From an uncultured candidatus Porisulfidus sp. (GTDB taxonomy: Bacteria > Pseudomonadota > Gammaproteobacteria > Poriferisulfidales > Oxydemutatoraceae), in assembly GCA_965215125.1 (NCBI GenBank), contig OZ244052.1, forward strand, positions 512,001 through 576,000: a DNA stretch of 64,000 bases. Reading direction: 5' to 3'. Numbering within the stretch: position 1 is the first letter of the stretch; each line of letters starts with the position of its first letter. The notes below the pieces were generated by a model. It did no database searches and was not told the DNA's origin. It saw only the letters and a program-made list of their open reading frames with translations. A program made the translations under genes and the position numbers. Of the stretch, positions 1 to 10,005 are shown piece by piece.

Positions 1-530
1 TGTACCCAAATCCCTGTATCATTTTCGCCATAAAAATCCGGCGAATAGGCAATGCCTATATCCGCGGATGGTTGATACTCGGTATCCCAAGTGTAGCTCA
101 ACGCACCATAGACTTCTAAAAAGTCATAGTCATTACCTGCATCCTCATTCTGGTCGGGATAAATATAGTATAAAGCACCGACATCCCAGCCTAATCCGTT
201 TTGGAACTCACCTGACATACCACCGTAGACATCAATTTCAAGCGACGGCGCATCGGAGGTTCCTCCATTAAACTCTAGGCTGGAAGCCCATACGCCCAAA
301 TAGAAGCCCGATTCATGCGAATAATCAAATCCGCCCTGCAATGCCGGATCCTCGTTGGTTTGAGAAATTCCACGGTAGACATAGTCGGATGTGAGTGTCA
401 CATTCGCGCTGAAACTATGGGGTGAATGTTCATCCGCAAAAGCGGAAGGAACATAGGTAGTAAATAATAGGAATAATAAGCCTGCGATAGAAGCCTTATT
501 AGCCCTACTAAAAATAGATAGATATTTCAT
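1..530 (-). CDS. TorF-family (TIGR02001-like) putative outer-membrane porin, runs off the window edge
   Basis: Not in the ORF track. Manual translation from ATG 530: MKYLSIF...AFADEHSPHSFSANVTLTSDYVYRGISQTNEDPALQGGFDYSHESGFYLGVWAS. Signal peptide plus the SDY.YRG.SQT...PALQGG.D motif typical of this family. Confidence 0.85.
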   Translation of the reverse strand, partial: MKYLSIFSRANKASIAGLLFLLFTTYVPSAFADEHSPHSFSANVTLTSDYVYRGISQTNEDPALQGGFDYSHESGFYLGVWASSLEFNGGTSDAPSLEIDVYGGMSGEFQNGLGWDVGALYYIYPDQNEDAGNDYDFLEVYGALSYTWDTEYQPSADIGIAYSPDFYGENDTGIWV

Positions 531-570
531 TTTAATAACCTCACTATAATTGATCTTAATAACGAATAAT

Positions 571-592
571 AATTAGAATAATTATCATTATC
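571..592. promoter_or_regulatory. Fur-box-like operator upstream of the TorF porin
   Basis: Minus strand 592-574 GATAATGATAATTATTCTA matches the Fur consensus GATAATGATAATCATTATC at 16/19. Confidence 0.7.
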
Positions 593-595
593 ATT

Positions 596-624
596 ATTAT
601 ATTAAATCATTGTTAAGAAGTCAA
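596..624 (-). promoter_or_regulatory. sigma70 promoter TTGACT-17bp-TATAAT
   Basis: -35 at 624-619, perfect -10 at 601-596, 17-bp spacer, pointing at the TorF gene. Confidence 0.7.
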
Positions 625-693
625 TAAATGGTTTATAAAAATCACAATCGCGTGGCACAGGCGATTGGGATCGCGCACAAGCACGGTACTGAT

Positions 694-1299
694 TCATTCC
701 TTATTTATTGATGCTTCCACATCGCCAGTGGCATAACTTCCGGTTATCTCACCCATCGATAAGTTTGAACCCACTAAACCGCCTACTCTAGAACCTCCGG
801 TAATATCTATATTTAGCAAACCCACATTGGCAATATCAACCCCGCTACTCGTATAGCGGAACAAACCTACAAAGTTAGTATCGGATCTGCTAATCATCAG
901 ATTAGATATCATATAGCCGTTGCCCTCAAACGTTACCGTAAAAGGATTGTTGCTAGGGTTATTGAAACTTACGTAACTTCCAATCGGTTACCAACCCGCT
1001 CCCGTAGTCCATTTGCTTTTATTTGACGGGGCATTGCGATAGCTTGTATTATCGTTGAAGTCCAAGTCTCGGGTTAATTCATAACCCCTACAACCGCCCG
1101 GTGCACAACCGGTAGTGATCTCTACTGCGGTCTCACTTAACTGCAAACTACTACCATCCAACCGGTAGCACATTGCGTTTAGAGTTTCCAAATCGTTGAC
1201 CTCTATTAGACCGTCGTCGTCAATGTCTACATCGGTAGAGGTTTGGGCGTATAGATTCGTGCCGAGCAACACGAGTAGGATGGTTATATAGTTTTTCAT
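694..1299 (-). pseudogene. Secreted GLUG-motif/beta-helix-type protein, disrupted by an in-frame stop and truncated
   Basis: ORFs 988-1299 and 694-912 are in the same frame, separated by TAA in GAGW*PIG. Signal peptide, DxDxDGLIE motif, VGGLVG..SYATGDV GLUG-like repeat. Confidence 0.7.
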
Positions 1300-1556
1300 A
1301 ATTACCTCCTTGATAATTAAGTGCTATTAATTTACTAACTCACCCGCCCCCCGGATAAATTGCCGTTAAGATAAACGATCTTTAATTTTTAATCAAGCGC
1401 AATTAACTTGATAGGGTGCCCCACAATGATTTGCGTAATTGGGTGGTGCAAGTGGTTAGGAGGGAAGATCAGAACTGACAACGATAATTTTATCCTTGTT
1501 TAATTGCGTAGGTAATGATACTATGCTATCACATTACACTGATATATAAAAAAACC

Positions 1557-2600
1557 ATGCTTAAAAGACTTTTTTCCCTTTTTTCGGATGATTTATCTAT
1601 AGATTTAGGTACCGCAAATACACTGATATGTATGAAGGGCCGAGGCATTGTGCTCGACGAGCCGTCGGTGGTCGCAACGCGCATCAACAGCCACGGCTCC
1701 ACGGTGAGTGTTGAAGCTGCCGGGCGTACTGCCAAAGAAATGCTAGGCAAAACACCCTCTAATATAAAAGTCATCAGACCTTTGAAAGACGGCGTGATAG
1801 CGGACTTTACGACAACCGAAAAAATGCTTCAGATGTTTATACACAAAGTCCATAAAGGTAAATTGCTTAAATCGAGCGGCAGGGTTCTTATCTGCGTTCC
1901 GTGCGGTGCAACCCAAGTTGAAAGACGCGCAATTCGCGAATCGGCACTCGGTGCCGGTGCGAGCAAAGTCTATTTGATAGAGGAACCTATAGCTGCTGCG
2001 ATAGGCGCGAACCTCCCTATCAGTGAAGCGCAAGGTTCAATGATTTTGGATATCGGCGGCGGCACATCCGAAGTCGCAGTACTATCCCTCAACGGTATCG
2101 TTTATTCGGCTTCGGTTAGATTTGGAGGTGATAAGCTGGACGAGGCAATTATAGACTATATGCGCCGCCAATACGGCGTGATGATCGGCGAAGCTACCGC
2201 AGAGCGAGTCAAAAGTTTTATCGGCACCGCCTACCCGGCCGCAGAGATTATAGAAACCGAGATTCACGCCCGTGAGGTCGCCGGCGGTATCCCGAAAAAC
2301 ATTACCGTAACCAGCAACGAAATCTACGATGCGATGAAAGAAACACTGAACAATATCGTCCTTGCGGTCAAAAAAGCACTCGATGAAACGCCGCCGGAAT
2401 TAAGTTCCGATATAGCCGAACGCGGCATCGTCTTAACCGGCGGCGGTGCTTTGTTAAAAAACTTGGATGTCTTGATTACTCAAGAAACAACTATCCCTGC
2501 GGTCATCGCCGACGAACCCTTGACTTGCGTCGCTCAAGGAGGTGGAAAAGCACTAGAGTTATTAGACGAAAAGAAAGTCACTTTCCTTTACGAGGAATAA
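1557..2600 (+). CDS. mreB: Rod shape-determining protein MreB
   Basis: [20 protein letters not shown] and [11 protein letters not shown] actin-like ATPase motifs; ATG 1557 preferred. Confidence 0.97.
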   Translation: MLKRLFSLFSDDLSIDLGTANTLICMKGRGIVLDEPSVVATRINSHGSTVSVEAAGRTAKEMLGKTPSNIKVIRPLKDGVIADFTTTEKMLQMFIHKVHKGKLLKSSGRVLICVPCGATQVERRAIRESALGAGASKVYLIEEPIAAAIGANLPISEAQGSMILDIGGGTSEVAVLSLNGIVYSASVRFGGDKLDEAIIDYMRRQYGVMIGEATAERVKSFIGTAYPAAEIIETEIHAREVAGGIPKNITVTSNEIYDAMKETLNNIVLAVKKALDETPPELSSDIAERGIVLTGGGALLKNLDVLITQETTIPAVIADEPLTCVAQGGGKALELLDEKKVTFLYEE

Positions 2601-2617
2601 AATCGGAGCATCTAAAG

Positions 2618-3454
2618 ATTAAAGAATTATTTAGTCCTCACAACCTTACTTCCAAGCTGATTTTTTTTATAGCTTTATCTGTAGTACTGATAATAACCGA
2701 TTATCGATTTAGCTATCTGGATAGAGTACGCTACCACGCCGATATATTCGGCTATGCAATTCGCTATGTTGCAAATCTACCCTATATCACTACACTGCTA
2801 ACATACGAGTATTTACAAGAACGCTCGGAGTTGCTGGACAGAAAAGATCAACTGCAAAAAGAAAATGTCAAACTTCATGCGGAATTATCCAAAATGTCCG
2901 CGCTCGAACACAAAAACCGTCATCTACAAAATTTATTAAACCTACTCGAAGGCAACAGCGATAAAAATTTTACGGTGGTTAAACTGATCGGGGTATATTC
3001 TTCTTTAATAGAACAAAAAATTATTATCAACAAAGGCAGTGCGGACGGTGTCTATATAGGACAACCGGTACTGGGTATAAACGGCATCATCGGACAAGTC
3101 GGAAAATTGACTCCGATTAGCGCAACGGTCATATTAATTTCCAGTCCGGGTTTCACGGTGATGGGAGAAATCGAACGCTCCAGTTTGCGAGTGGTCGTGC
3201 GCGGCATCGGTAATGCAGAACGATTGCAGTTACTTTATGTACCGACAACCGCAGATATTGAGATCGGCGACCAAATCGTCACCTCGGGCCTAGATCATAA
3301 ATATCCTTATGGGTACCCTATAGGAACGGTACTGAGTATAGAGAAGCCGGCAGGAAACAGCTTTTCTACGATTCATATTAAACCGAATGCCAAACTCAAC
3401 CATAACCTAGAGATGTTACTGGTTTGGCCGACCCGAACAATGACACAACAATGA
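2618..3454 (+). CDS. mreC: Rod shape-determining protein MreC (probable ATT start)
   Basis: TM segment, coiled coil, INKGSADGV..GQPV and IVTSGL..YP.G.PIG motifs; lies between mreB and mreD; start uncertain. Confidence 0.9.
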   Translation: MKELFSPHNLTSKLIFFIALSVVLIITDYRFSYLDRVRYHADIFGYAIRYVANLPYITTLLTYEYLQERSELLDRKDQLQKENVKLHAELSKMSALEHKNRHLQNLLNLLEGNSDKNFTVVKLIGVYSSLIEQKIIINKGSADGVYIGQPVLGINGIIGQVGKLTPISATVILISSPGFTVMGEIERSSLRVVVRGIGNAERLQLLYVPTTADIEIGDQIVTSGLDHKYPYGYPIGTVLSIEKPAGNSFSTIHIKPNAKLNHNLEMLLVWPTRTMTQQ

Positions 3455-3457
3455 ACG

Positions 3458-3964
3458 ATGCTTAAGAAAAAAACACAGTTCATACAGCACGAATACATAC
3501 TCGTATGGGGGAGTATATTCTTTGCTCTAATCATGGATGTACTGCCGTTGCCTCAGTGGGGATACTTTTACTGGCCTAGTTGGACCTTACTCGCCGTTAT
3601 TTATTGGGTACTCGCCCTGCCTTACAGATTCAATATCAAATTTGCATGGTTTACCGGGCTATTGGTCGATTTTATGTATGGCACTTGGCTGGGACAAAAT
3701 GCACTACTTTATACTTTAATTGCTTATGCGGTAATTTTACTTCATAAGCGTTTACGCTTTTATATTCCACAACAGATGTTGTTTATCGCTATGACACTCG
3801 GTCTTTATATACTCCTTACTCTATGGATCGAAGGCATGCGCGATGCTTCCGACAGCAGTTGGGAAAAGTTATATTCGGTTGTCATCGGTATGTTTGCTTG
3901 GCTTTGGGTCTACGCAGTATTGCGCTATTTGAGGCGCAAATTCTACTATTCGGCACACGGGTAA
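3458..3964 (+). CDS. mreD: Rod shape-determining protein MreD
   Basis: Multi-TM 168 aa with P.W.LL..IYW.L..P and AW..GLL.D...G..LG..AL; synteny. Confidence 0.9.
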   Translation: MLKKKTQFIQHEYILVWGSIFFALIMDVLPLPQWGYFYWPSWTLLAVIYWVLALPYRFNIKFAWFTGLLVDFMYGTWLGQNALLYTLIAYAVILLHKRLRFYIPQQMLFIAMTLGLYILLTLWIEGMRDASDSSWEKLYSVVIGMFAWLWVYAVLRYLRRKFYYSAHG

Positions 3965-5025
3965 GAACCTAATAATTTATAAAACGCAGCTTCTGCTCGG
4001 AGCTTGGCAAGCCCTTTTTTGATATGTGGTTCTTCACAGTGCCCTTCCATATCCAGAAAAAAAGCATATTCCCATTTGATACGGCGCGACGGACGCGATT
4101 CTATACGCATCAAACTGATACCTTGTTCGGCAAGTATCTGCAATAAGCCGGCGAGGGTCCCCGAGCGATTTTCGGTTGATACCAAAACGCTGGTCTTGTC
4201 GCGACCGCTGGGGTTCGGATATTGATTACCCAAAATCAAAAAGCGCGTCGTGTTTTGTACGTTGTCTTCTATATCTCCGGCTAATATATTGAGTTGATAT
4301 AATTTTGCCGCATGCGCGCTCGCAATCGCCGCCGCATCGCGGTCTCGCTCGAGTTGCCGAATGGCTTGGGTGCTACTCTCGGCGTTGATCCGTACACTGT
4401 CGGGGAGGTGCGTATTAAGCCAATAGCGACATTGAGCGAGAGATTGAGAGTGCCCGTAGACTTTGGCTACATCCTCGATACGGCTTTGTTTACCGAGCAA
4501 GCAATGGTTGATGCGCAATTCCACCTCGCCGACTATTTTTATATCGGTCTCCATAAAGCAATCCAAAGTGTTGCTTACGCTACCTTCGCTGGAATTTTCC
4601 ACCGGCACCACACCGTAATACGCCCGGTTTGCCGAGATATATTGAAATACTTCTTCTATCGTGGCGCACGACTCCAACGAGACGGCATGACCGAAATGCT
4701 TGAACACGGCTTGCTCGGTATAGGTTGCTGCAGGACCTAAGAAAACAACGGTGAGTTTTTTTTCGAGTGCCCTACACGCCGATATGATTTCTCTAAACAG
4801 CATCGATAAAGTAGCATTAGGTAATGGTCCCGGATTGTTCGATAATAACTCGCTTAAATGTGCCGCCTCTCGGTCGGGACGATAGGTGCATATATCTTTA
4901 TTCTCCTTTTGCTTTGCATGCCCTATGTCTATTGCATGTTGCGCTCGCTCGCCGAGCAGTTTTAATATACGCGCATCTACTGCGTCTATTTGCGCTCGTA
5001 ATTTCTCTATCTCGTCGTCTTTCAT
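3946..5025 (-). CDS. pheA: Bifunctional chorismate mutase/prephenate dehydratase
   Basis: LRAQIDAVD CM domain; FLGP..TYTE, VPVENSSEGSV, NTTRF and IESRPS motifs. Confidence 0.96.
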   Translation of the reverse strand: MKDDEIEKLRAQIDAVDARILKLLGERAQHAIDIGHAKQKENKDICTYRPDREAAHLSELLSNNPGPLPNATLSMLFREIISACRALEKKLTVVFLGPAATYTEQAVFKHFGHAVSLESCATIEEVFQYISANRAYYGVVPVENSSEGSVSNTLDCFMETDIKIVGEVELRINHCLLGKQSRIEDVAKVYGHSQSLAQCRYWLNTHLPDSVRINAESSTQAIRQLERDRDAAAIASAHAAKLYQLNILAGDIEDNVQNTTRFLILGNQYPNPSGRDKTSVLVSTENRSGTLAGLLQILAEQGISLMRIESRPSRRIKWEYAFFLDMEGHCEEPHIKKGLAKLRAEAAFYKLLGSYPCAE

Positions 5026-5040
5026 TACACGGCTTGCCTT

Positions 5041-6120
5041 TTACATTTTGCGTTCAAAATCTTTCATAAATTCCACTAAGGTCTCGACACCCGAAATCGG
5101 CATCCCATTATACAGGCTCGCGCGTATACCCCCGGTATGGCTATGCCCTTTCAATCCCCAGAGACCGTGTTGCTCCGCTTGACTTATAAATTGCTGCTCG
5201 AGCGTGCTCGTAGGCAGATTGAATAATACATTAACCCGAGAACGATATTGCGTAGAAATAGGATTTGTATAAACCGAAGAACCGTCTATGCAATCGTATA
5301 TCAAAGCCGAACGTTGCAGGCATCGCTTTTGCATTTCCGCCACACCGCCCTGCGCCTCTATCCATTCCAGCATCAGGTTCGCCACCAACCACGAAAAAAC
5401 CGGCGGTGTAGTCGGTCTAGAGTTCGTTTCATGTAATTTATTATAGTCGTACAATGCGGGGGTTAAGGGATGGCGCGGTGACGATAAGGCTTCGCGTGCG
5501 ATGATGATATAAACCAAGCCGCCGACGCCGGCATTCTTTTGCGCGCCGGCGTATATCATCCGGTGCGAACTTATGTCTATCGTACGGGTTAGAAAATTGG
5601 ATGTCATATCGGCTACCAGGCTCCCGTCGCCTATATGCGCTTCGGCAAAAAACTCAAATCCGCTAAGCGTTTCGTTTGAAACATAATGGCGATACACCGC
5701 TGCCTCGCTGAGCTGCCATGTTTCGGGATCGGCTAAAGACAACGGCGACTGTTCGGAGATAGAAGCGACGATTTTGAGCTTGGTATCGGGGAGATACTTT
5801 TTAGCTTCGGCAACGGCGTACTCCGACCAATAACCGGTATTAAAATAATCGGCATGCTTATCTTGAGCGAGATTCATCGCCAACGCTGCGTATTGGGCAC
5901 GGGTGCCGCTCGACGAAAATAATACTTCGTAGTCATCGGGAATATCGAGTAGCTTGCGTAGTCTATCTTGCATGCTTTGCACGACCTCGTCGACATAAGC
6001 GGTTCTATGCCCTATCTCTAAGAGTGGTACCGGATGCTTTTCGCAAACTAGCTGTCGGGCTTTCTCCAATACGGCTTCCGGTAAAACCGCAGGTCCGGGA
6101 GAAAAATTATAAAGCGACAT
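5041..6120 (-). CDS. serC: Phosphoserine aminotransferase
   Basis: YNFSPGPAVLP, AGAQKN (PLP lysine), GGIRASLYN; ATG 6120 preferred. Confidence 0.95.
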   Translation of the reverse strand: MSLYNFSPGPAVLPEAVLEKARQLVCEKHPVPLLEIGHRTAYVDEVVQSMQDRLRKLLDIPDDYEVLFSSSGTRAQYAALAMNLAQDKHADYFNTGYWSEYAVAEAKKYLPDTKLKIVASISEQSPLSLADPETWQLSEAAVYRHYVSNETLSGFEFFAEAHIGDGSLVADMTSNFLTRTIDISSHRMIYAGAQKNAGVGGLVYIIIAREALSSPRHPLTPALYDYNKLHETNSRPTTPPVFSWLVANLMLEWIEAQGGVAEMQKRCLQRSALIYDCIDGSSVYTNPISTQYRSRVNVLFNLPTSTLEQQFISQAEQHGLWGLKGHSHTGGIRASLYNGMPISGVETLVEFMKDFERKM

Positions 6121-6165
6121 ATAGATCGCGTGTTGCTTAGGTGTCAACCCTACGGTAAGCGACGA

Positions 6166-8706
6166 TCATTCCTTGTCTATGCGTACTATTTCCGATAGCT
6201 TTGCATTATCGTCGAGCCGTATCAGCCTGACACCTTGCGTATTACGACTTACGGTAGAGATAGTAGACACTCGGGTGCGAACCAGTACGCCTTTATCGGT
6301 AATCAGCATGATCTCGTCGTCTTCGGCAAAAGGTAATGCTCCTATTACCTTGCCGTTGCGTGTGCTGGTTTTTATAGAAATCGTGCCCATACCACCGCGC
6401 CGCTTGGTAGAAAACTCTTTTGCGTAGGTGCGCTTGCCGTAGCCATTCTCGGTTGCGACCAAAACTTTGGTCTGCGCCTCGTCTTTTTCCGATAAACAAA
6501 TCAAAGAAATAATTTTCGCCCCCTCACGTAGCCGCATTCCTATTACGCCACGGGCTATTCTACCCATCGAGCGTATGTCGGATTCCTTAAAACGAACCGC
6601 ACGCCCCACATCGCTGAACAGCATGATTTCTCTCGCACCGTCGGTTAATACCGCGCCTATCATTTTGTCGCCTGCTTTCAGATTGATTGCTCTGATACCG
6701 TTGCTGCGCGGTCTGGAAAACGCCGTCAGTGGCGTGCGTTTGATGATTCCTCTTTCGGTTGCCATCGTAATATACAACCCTTCTGCATAAGATTCTATCG
6801 GTAGTATCGTAGTGATACGCTCATCCTCACCGAGTTTGAGCAGATTGACCAAAGGTTTGCCTCTGGCGATGCGTCCGGCTCTAGGCAATTTATAAACCTT
6901 GAGCCAGTAGAGTTGTCCTAGGTTGGAAAAACATAATAGGGTGTCGTGCGTACTCGCAACGAACATCATTTCTATAAAATCTTCTTCTTTGACGGCGGTT
7001 GCCGCCTTTCCTCTGCCGCCTCTGCGCTGGGCGCGATAATGATCGGGCGGTTGTATTTTGGCATAGCCGGCATGCGATATCGTCAACATCATATCCTCTT
7101 CGGTAATCAGGTCTTCCTCGTCCATATCTACCGATTGATCTACTATCTGAGTTCTGCGCTCGTCGCCGTACTGCTTCTTAATATCCCTTAATTCGTCGCA
7201 AATCACTTTCATCAAACGATCGGGGTTGGAAAGTATTTCGAGTAGATCCAATATCAATGCAATAAGTTCCTCGTAATCGGAGACTATTTTGTCCTGCTCC
7301 AATGCGGTCAAGCGATGGAGTTTTAGGTCTAGTATCGCTTGTGCCTGTTGTTCGGATAGATGATAGCCGTCTTCGTGTAAGCCGAATTCGGCAGGCAAAG
7401 TGTCCGGTTTGGATATCACCGCATCGGCTTTCTCCATGAGCTGCATAACCGCCCCCGGTTTCCACGCCCGTCCCATCAGCGCGCGTTTGGCATCGGCCGA
7501 TGTCTGCGAACTTTTTATCAGCGCGATCACCTCGTCTATATTGGCAAGCGCGACCGCCAAGCCTTCCAAAAGATGTGCTTTGTCCTTGGCTTTGCGTAAT
7601 TCAAACACGGTGCGTTTGGTGACCACATCACGGCGATGCCGCAAAAAGGCCTCTAAAATTTCCTTGAGGTTAAATAGCTTCGGCTGGCCTTGCTGTAGCG
7701 CAACCATGTTGATGCTGAACGTCGATTGCATCTTGGTGTGTTTGTACAGATTATTGAGTATGATTTCGCTGTTCTCTCTGCGCTTTAATTCGATAACCAC
7801 GCGCATGCCCTCCTTGTCGGTCTCGTCGCGCAGTTCGGAAATACCTTCAATTCGTTTTTCTTTAACCAAATCGGCAATCTTCTCGAGCAACTGCGCTTTA
7901 TTAACCGCATACGGCAGTTCTTCGATGATAATACGCTCATGTTCTCCTTTTTTCACCGATTCTATTTTGCATTTGGCGCGCATCACCGCCCGTCCGCGTC
8001 CGCTACGATAGGCTTCGTGCAACCCTTCGCGTCCGTTGATAATAGCGGCGGTCGGAAAATCCGGTCCTGGAATGTAGCGAATCAAATCGTCTATGGATAT
8101 ATCCGGGTTCTTCGCAAGTGCCAAAACTGCGTCAATCACTTCGCCCAGATTATGGGTCGGGATATTCGTTGCCATACCGACTGCAATGCCCGCAGAACCG
8201 TTGACCAATAAATTCGGCACTCGCGACGGCAAGACTACCGGTTCTTTCTCGGAATTATCGTAATTGGGAACGAAATCGACCGTCTCTTTATCTATGTCGG
8301 CAAGCAGTTCGTGTGCTATTTTTGCAAGCCTGACTTCGGTGTAGCGCATCGCCGCAGGGGCATCACCGTCTATAGAACCGAAATTACCTTGTCCGTCTAT
8401 CAACGGATAGCGCAAAGAGAAAGTTTGTGCCATCCGCACTATGGTATCGTATACCGCATTATCGCCGTGCGGGTGATACTTACCTATCACATCGCCGACG
8501 ATGCGTGCCGATTTCTTATACGCCTTGTTCCAATCGTTATGAAGTTCATGCATCGCATAGAGTACGCGTCTATGCACCGGCTTCAAACCGTCGCAAATAT
8601 CGGGCAAAGCACGGCCTATAATGACACTCATTGCGTAATCCAAATAGGATTTACGCATCTCGGCTTCTAAACTAACCGGAAGAATTTCTTTGGCAAAATC
8701 GGGCAT
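6166..8706 (-). CDS. gyrA: DNA gyrase subunit A
   Basis: [24 protein letters not shown] catalytic Tyr, GyrA-box QRRGGRG. Confidence 0.98.
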   Translation of the reverse strand: MPDFAKEILPVSLEAEMRKSYLDYAMSVIIGRALPDICDGLKPVHRRVLYAMHELHNDWNKAYKKSARIVGDVIGKYHPHGDNAVYDTIVRMAQTFSLRYPLIDGQGNFGSIDGDAPAAMRYTEVRLAKIAHELLADIDKETVDFVPNYDNSEKEPVVLPSRVPNLLVNGSAGIAVGMATNIPTHNLGEVIDAVLALAKNPDISIDDLIRYIPGPDFPTAAIINGREGLHEAYRSGRGRAVMRAKCKIESVKKGEHERIIIEELPYAVNKAQLLEKIADLVKEKRIEGISELRDETDKEGMRVVIELKRRENSEIILNNLYKHTKMQSTFSINMVALQQGQPKLFNLKEILEAFLRHRRDVVTKRTVFELRKAKDKAHLLEGLAVALANIDEVIALIKSSQTSADAKRALMGRAWKPGAVMQLMEKADAVISKPDTLPAEFGLHEDGYHLSEQQAQAILDLKLHRLTALEQDKIVSDYEELIALILDLLEILSNPDRLMKVICDELRDIKKQYGDERRTQIVDQSVDMDEEDLITEEDMMLTISHAGYAKIQPPDHYRAQRRGGRGKAATAVKEEDFIEMMFVASTHDTLLCFSNLGQLYWLKVYKLPRAGRIARGKPLVNLLKLGEDERITTILPIESYAEGLYITMATERGIIKRTPLTAFSRPRSNGIRAINLKAGDKMIGAVLTDGAREIMLFSDVGRAVRFKESDIRSMGRIARGVIGMRLREGAKIISLICLSEKDEAQTKVLVATENGYGKRTYAKEFSTKRRGGMGTISIKTSTRNGKVIGALPFAEDDEIMLITDKGVLVRTRVSTISTVSRNTQGVRLIRLDDNAKLSEIVRIDKE

Positions 8707-8746
8707 GGTTATTTAAGATACGCGAGGGTAGTTATGCGGCATTACT

Positions 8747-9736
8747 TCAAGAATCAATTTTAATCTCGAACAAGGTAGGCCAGTTCTTGCCGGTCACATA
8801 AAGTTTTTTGCTTTTTGCATCATAAGCGATGCCGTTCAAGACACCGGTTTTCGTTTTAGCCCTCACTTCGTCCAATAATTCCTTGAGGTCTAGATAAGAA
8901 GTAACTACACCTGTTCTAGGATTAATTATCACGATTTTATTTCGTAACCACACATTGGCATAAATTCTTCCGCCCACCCATTCAAGTTCGTTCAGATATT
9001 TAAGCGGGCGGCCGTTCTCGGTCACCGATATGCGCTTGATTTCCTTAAAATTATTAGGATCCATATATTTCAATATATCGGAACCATCGCTCATAATTAA
9101 TTCTTTGCCGTTGCTCGTTATCCCCCAACCCTCACCTCTATATTGAAGTTGTCTTCTAAACCGCAGCGTGTCCGCGTCGTAGACCATCAGCACCCCTCTT
9201 CTATAAGTAAGTTGATAAAGAGAATCTTTGAGACGCGTAACACCTTCGGCAAAAAGATGCGGCGGTAATTCCTCTTCCGCCAACACTTCGCCGTCTTTGA
9301 GGTTCACCTTACTCAACGACGATTTTCCGTAACCACCACTGCTTGCTATCAATGTATCGCCGTCTACTATCAGCCCCTGAGTAAAAATCTCTTGACGATG
9401 CGGAAAACGATTAACTACATTGTAATCCAGTAGCTTGGCTTGTCTAACTCGGTTTTCTCTAGCTTCTATCCGCCGCATGATGGCTTGAATGTCTCTTTCC
9501 ATACGCTCGCCCTCACCGGTAGGCTCCGTTTCGGCAATATCTTGCTCACCGGTATCCGCTTTTTCAGCTTCATTTTTGGTACTTGCGGAGCTGTCTCCTA
9601 TATCGTCGGGCAATAGGCGAATTTCGGTTTGAGTCGTGCCTTGGACATCTTCTTCTTGAGCGTACACAGGATGTAATTGGATTAGACCTAACAAAAGGGA
9701 TATTAAGAATAAATAGTAGATACGGTAATATTTCAT
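8747..9736 (-). CDS. Glutaminyl-peptide cyclotransferase (bacterial/plant beta-propeller type), secreted, with acidic N-terminal extension
   Basis: FTQGL, F.EG, GEGWG, LNELE, ANVW, VLNGIAYD and VTGK.WP motifs. Confidence 0.9.
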   Translation of the reverse strand: MKYYRIYYLFLISLLLGLIQLHPVYAQEEDVQGTTQTEIRLLPDDIGDSSASTKNEAEKADTGEQDIAETEPTGEGERMERDIQAIMRRIEARENRVRQAKLLDYNVVNRFPHRQEIFTQGLIVDGDTLIASSGGYGKSSLSKVNLKDGEVLAEEELPPHLFAEGVTRLKDSLYQLTYRRGVLMVYDADTLRFRRQLQYRGEGWGITSNGKELIMSDGSDILKYMDPNNFKEIKRISVTENGRPLKYLNELEWVGGRIYANVWLRNKIVIINPRTGVVTSYLDLKELLDEVRAKTKTGVLNGIAYDAKSKKLYVTGKNWPTLFEIKIDS

Positions 9737-9877
9737 TTAAAGATATTATTAAATAATCTTATTATTATAAGCTATTTTGGGTAATGTTTGCACGATTAAC
9801 TGCGTTTACTCACTAATATTATGGAAACCATTATTTGTTGACGCAAGGCGGTTGGGTTTGTACCGAACGGTAGTTAA

Positions 9878-9946
9878 GGGTGGACAGATATATTAAACCC
9901 CGGCTTATTTGATATAAGATAAACGCTTATGCAAGTCCACCCCTAC
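9878..9946 (-). repeat. GTAG-type REP-like hairpin with enlarged loop
   Basis: GGGTGGAC(9878)...GTCCACCC+CTAC(9946); flank resembles 35560-35590. Confidence 0.5.
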
Positions 9947-10005
9947 GGGTGGTTTGCAAAAATTGGAGGTGAAGTTTTAACTTGGGGTTGACAAAACATT
10001 ACTTT

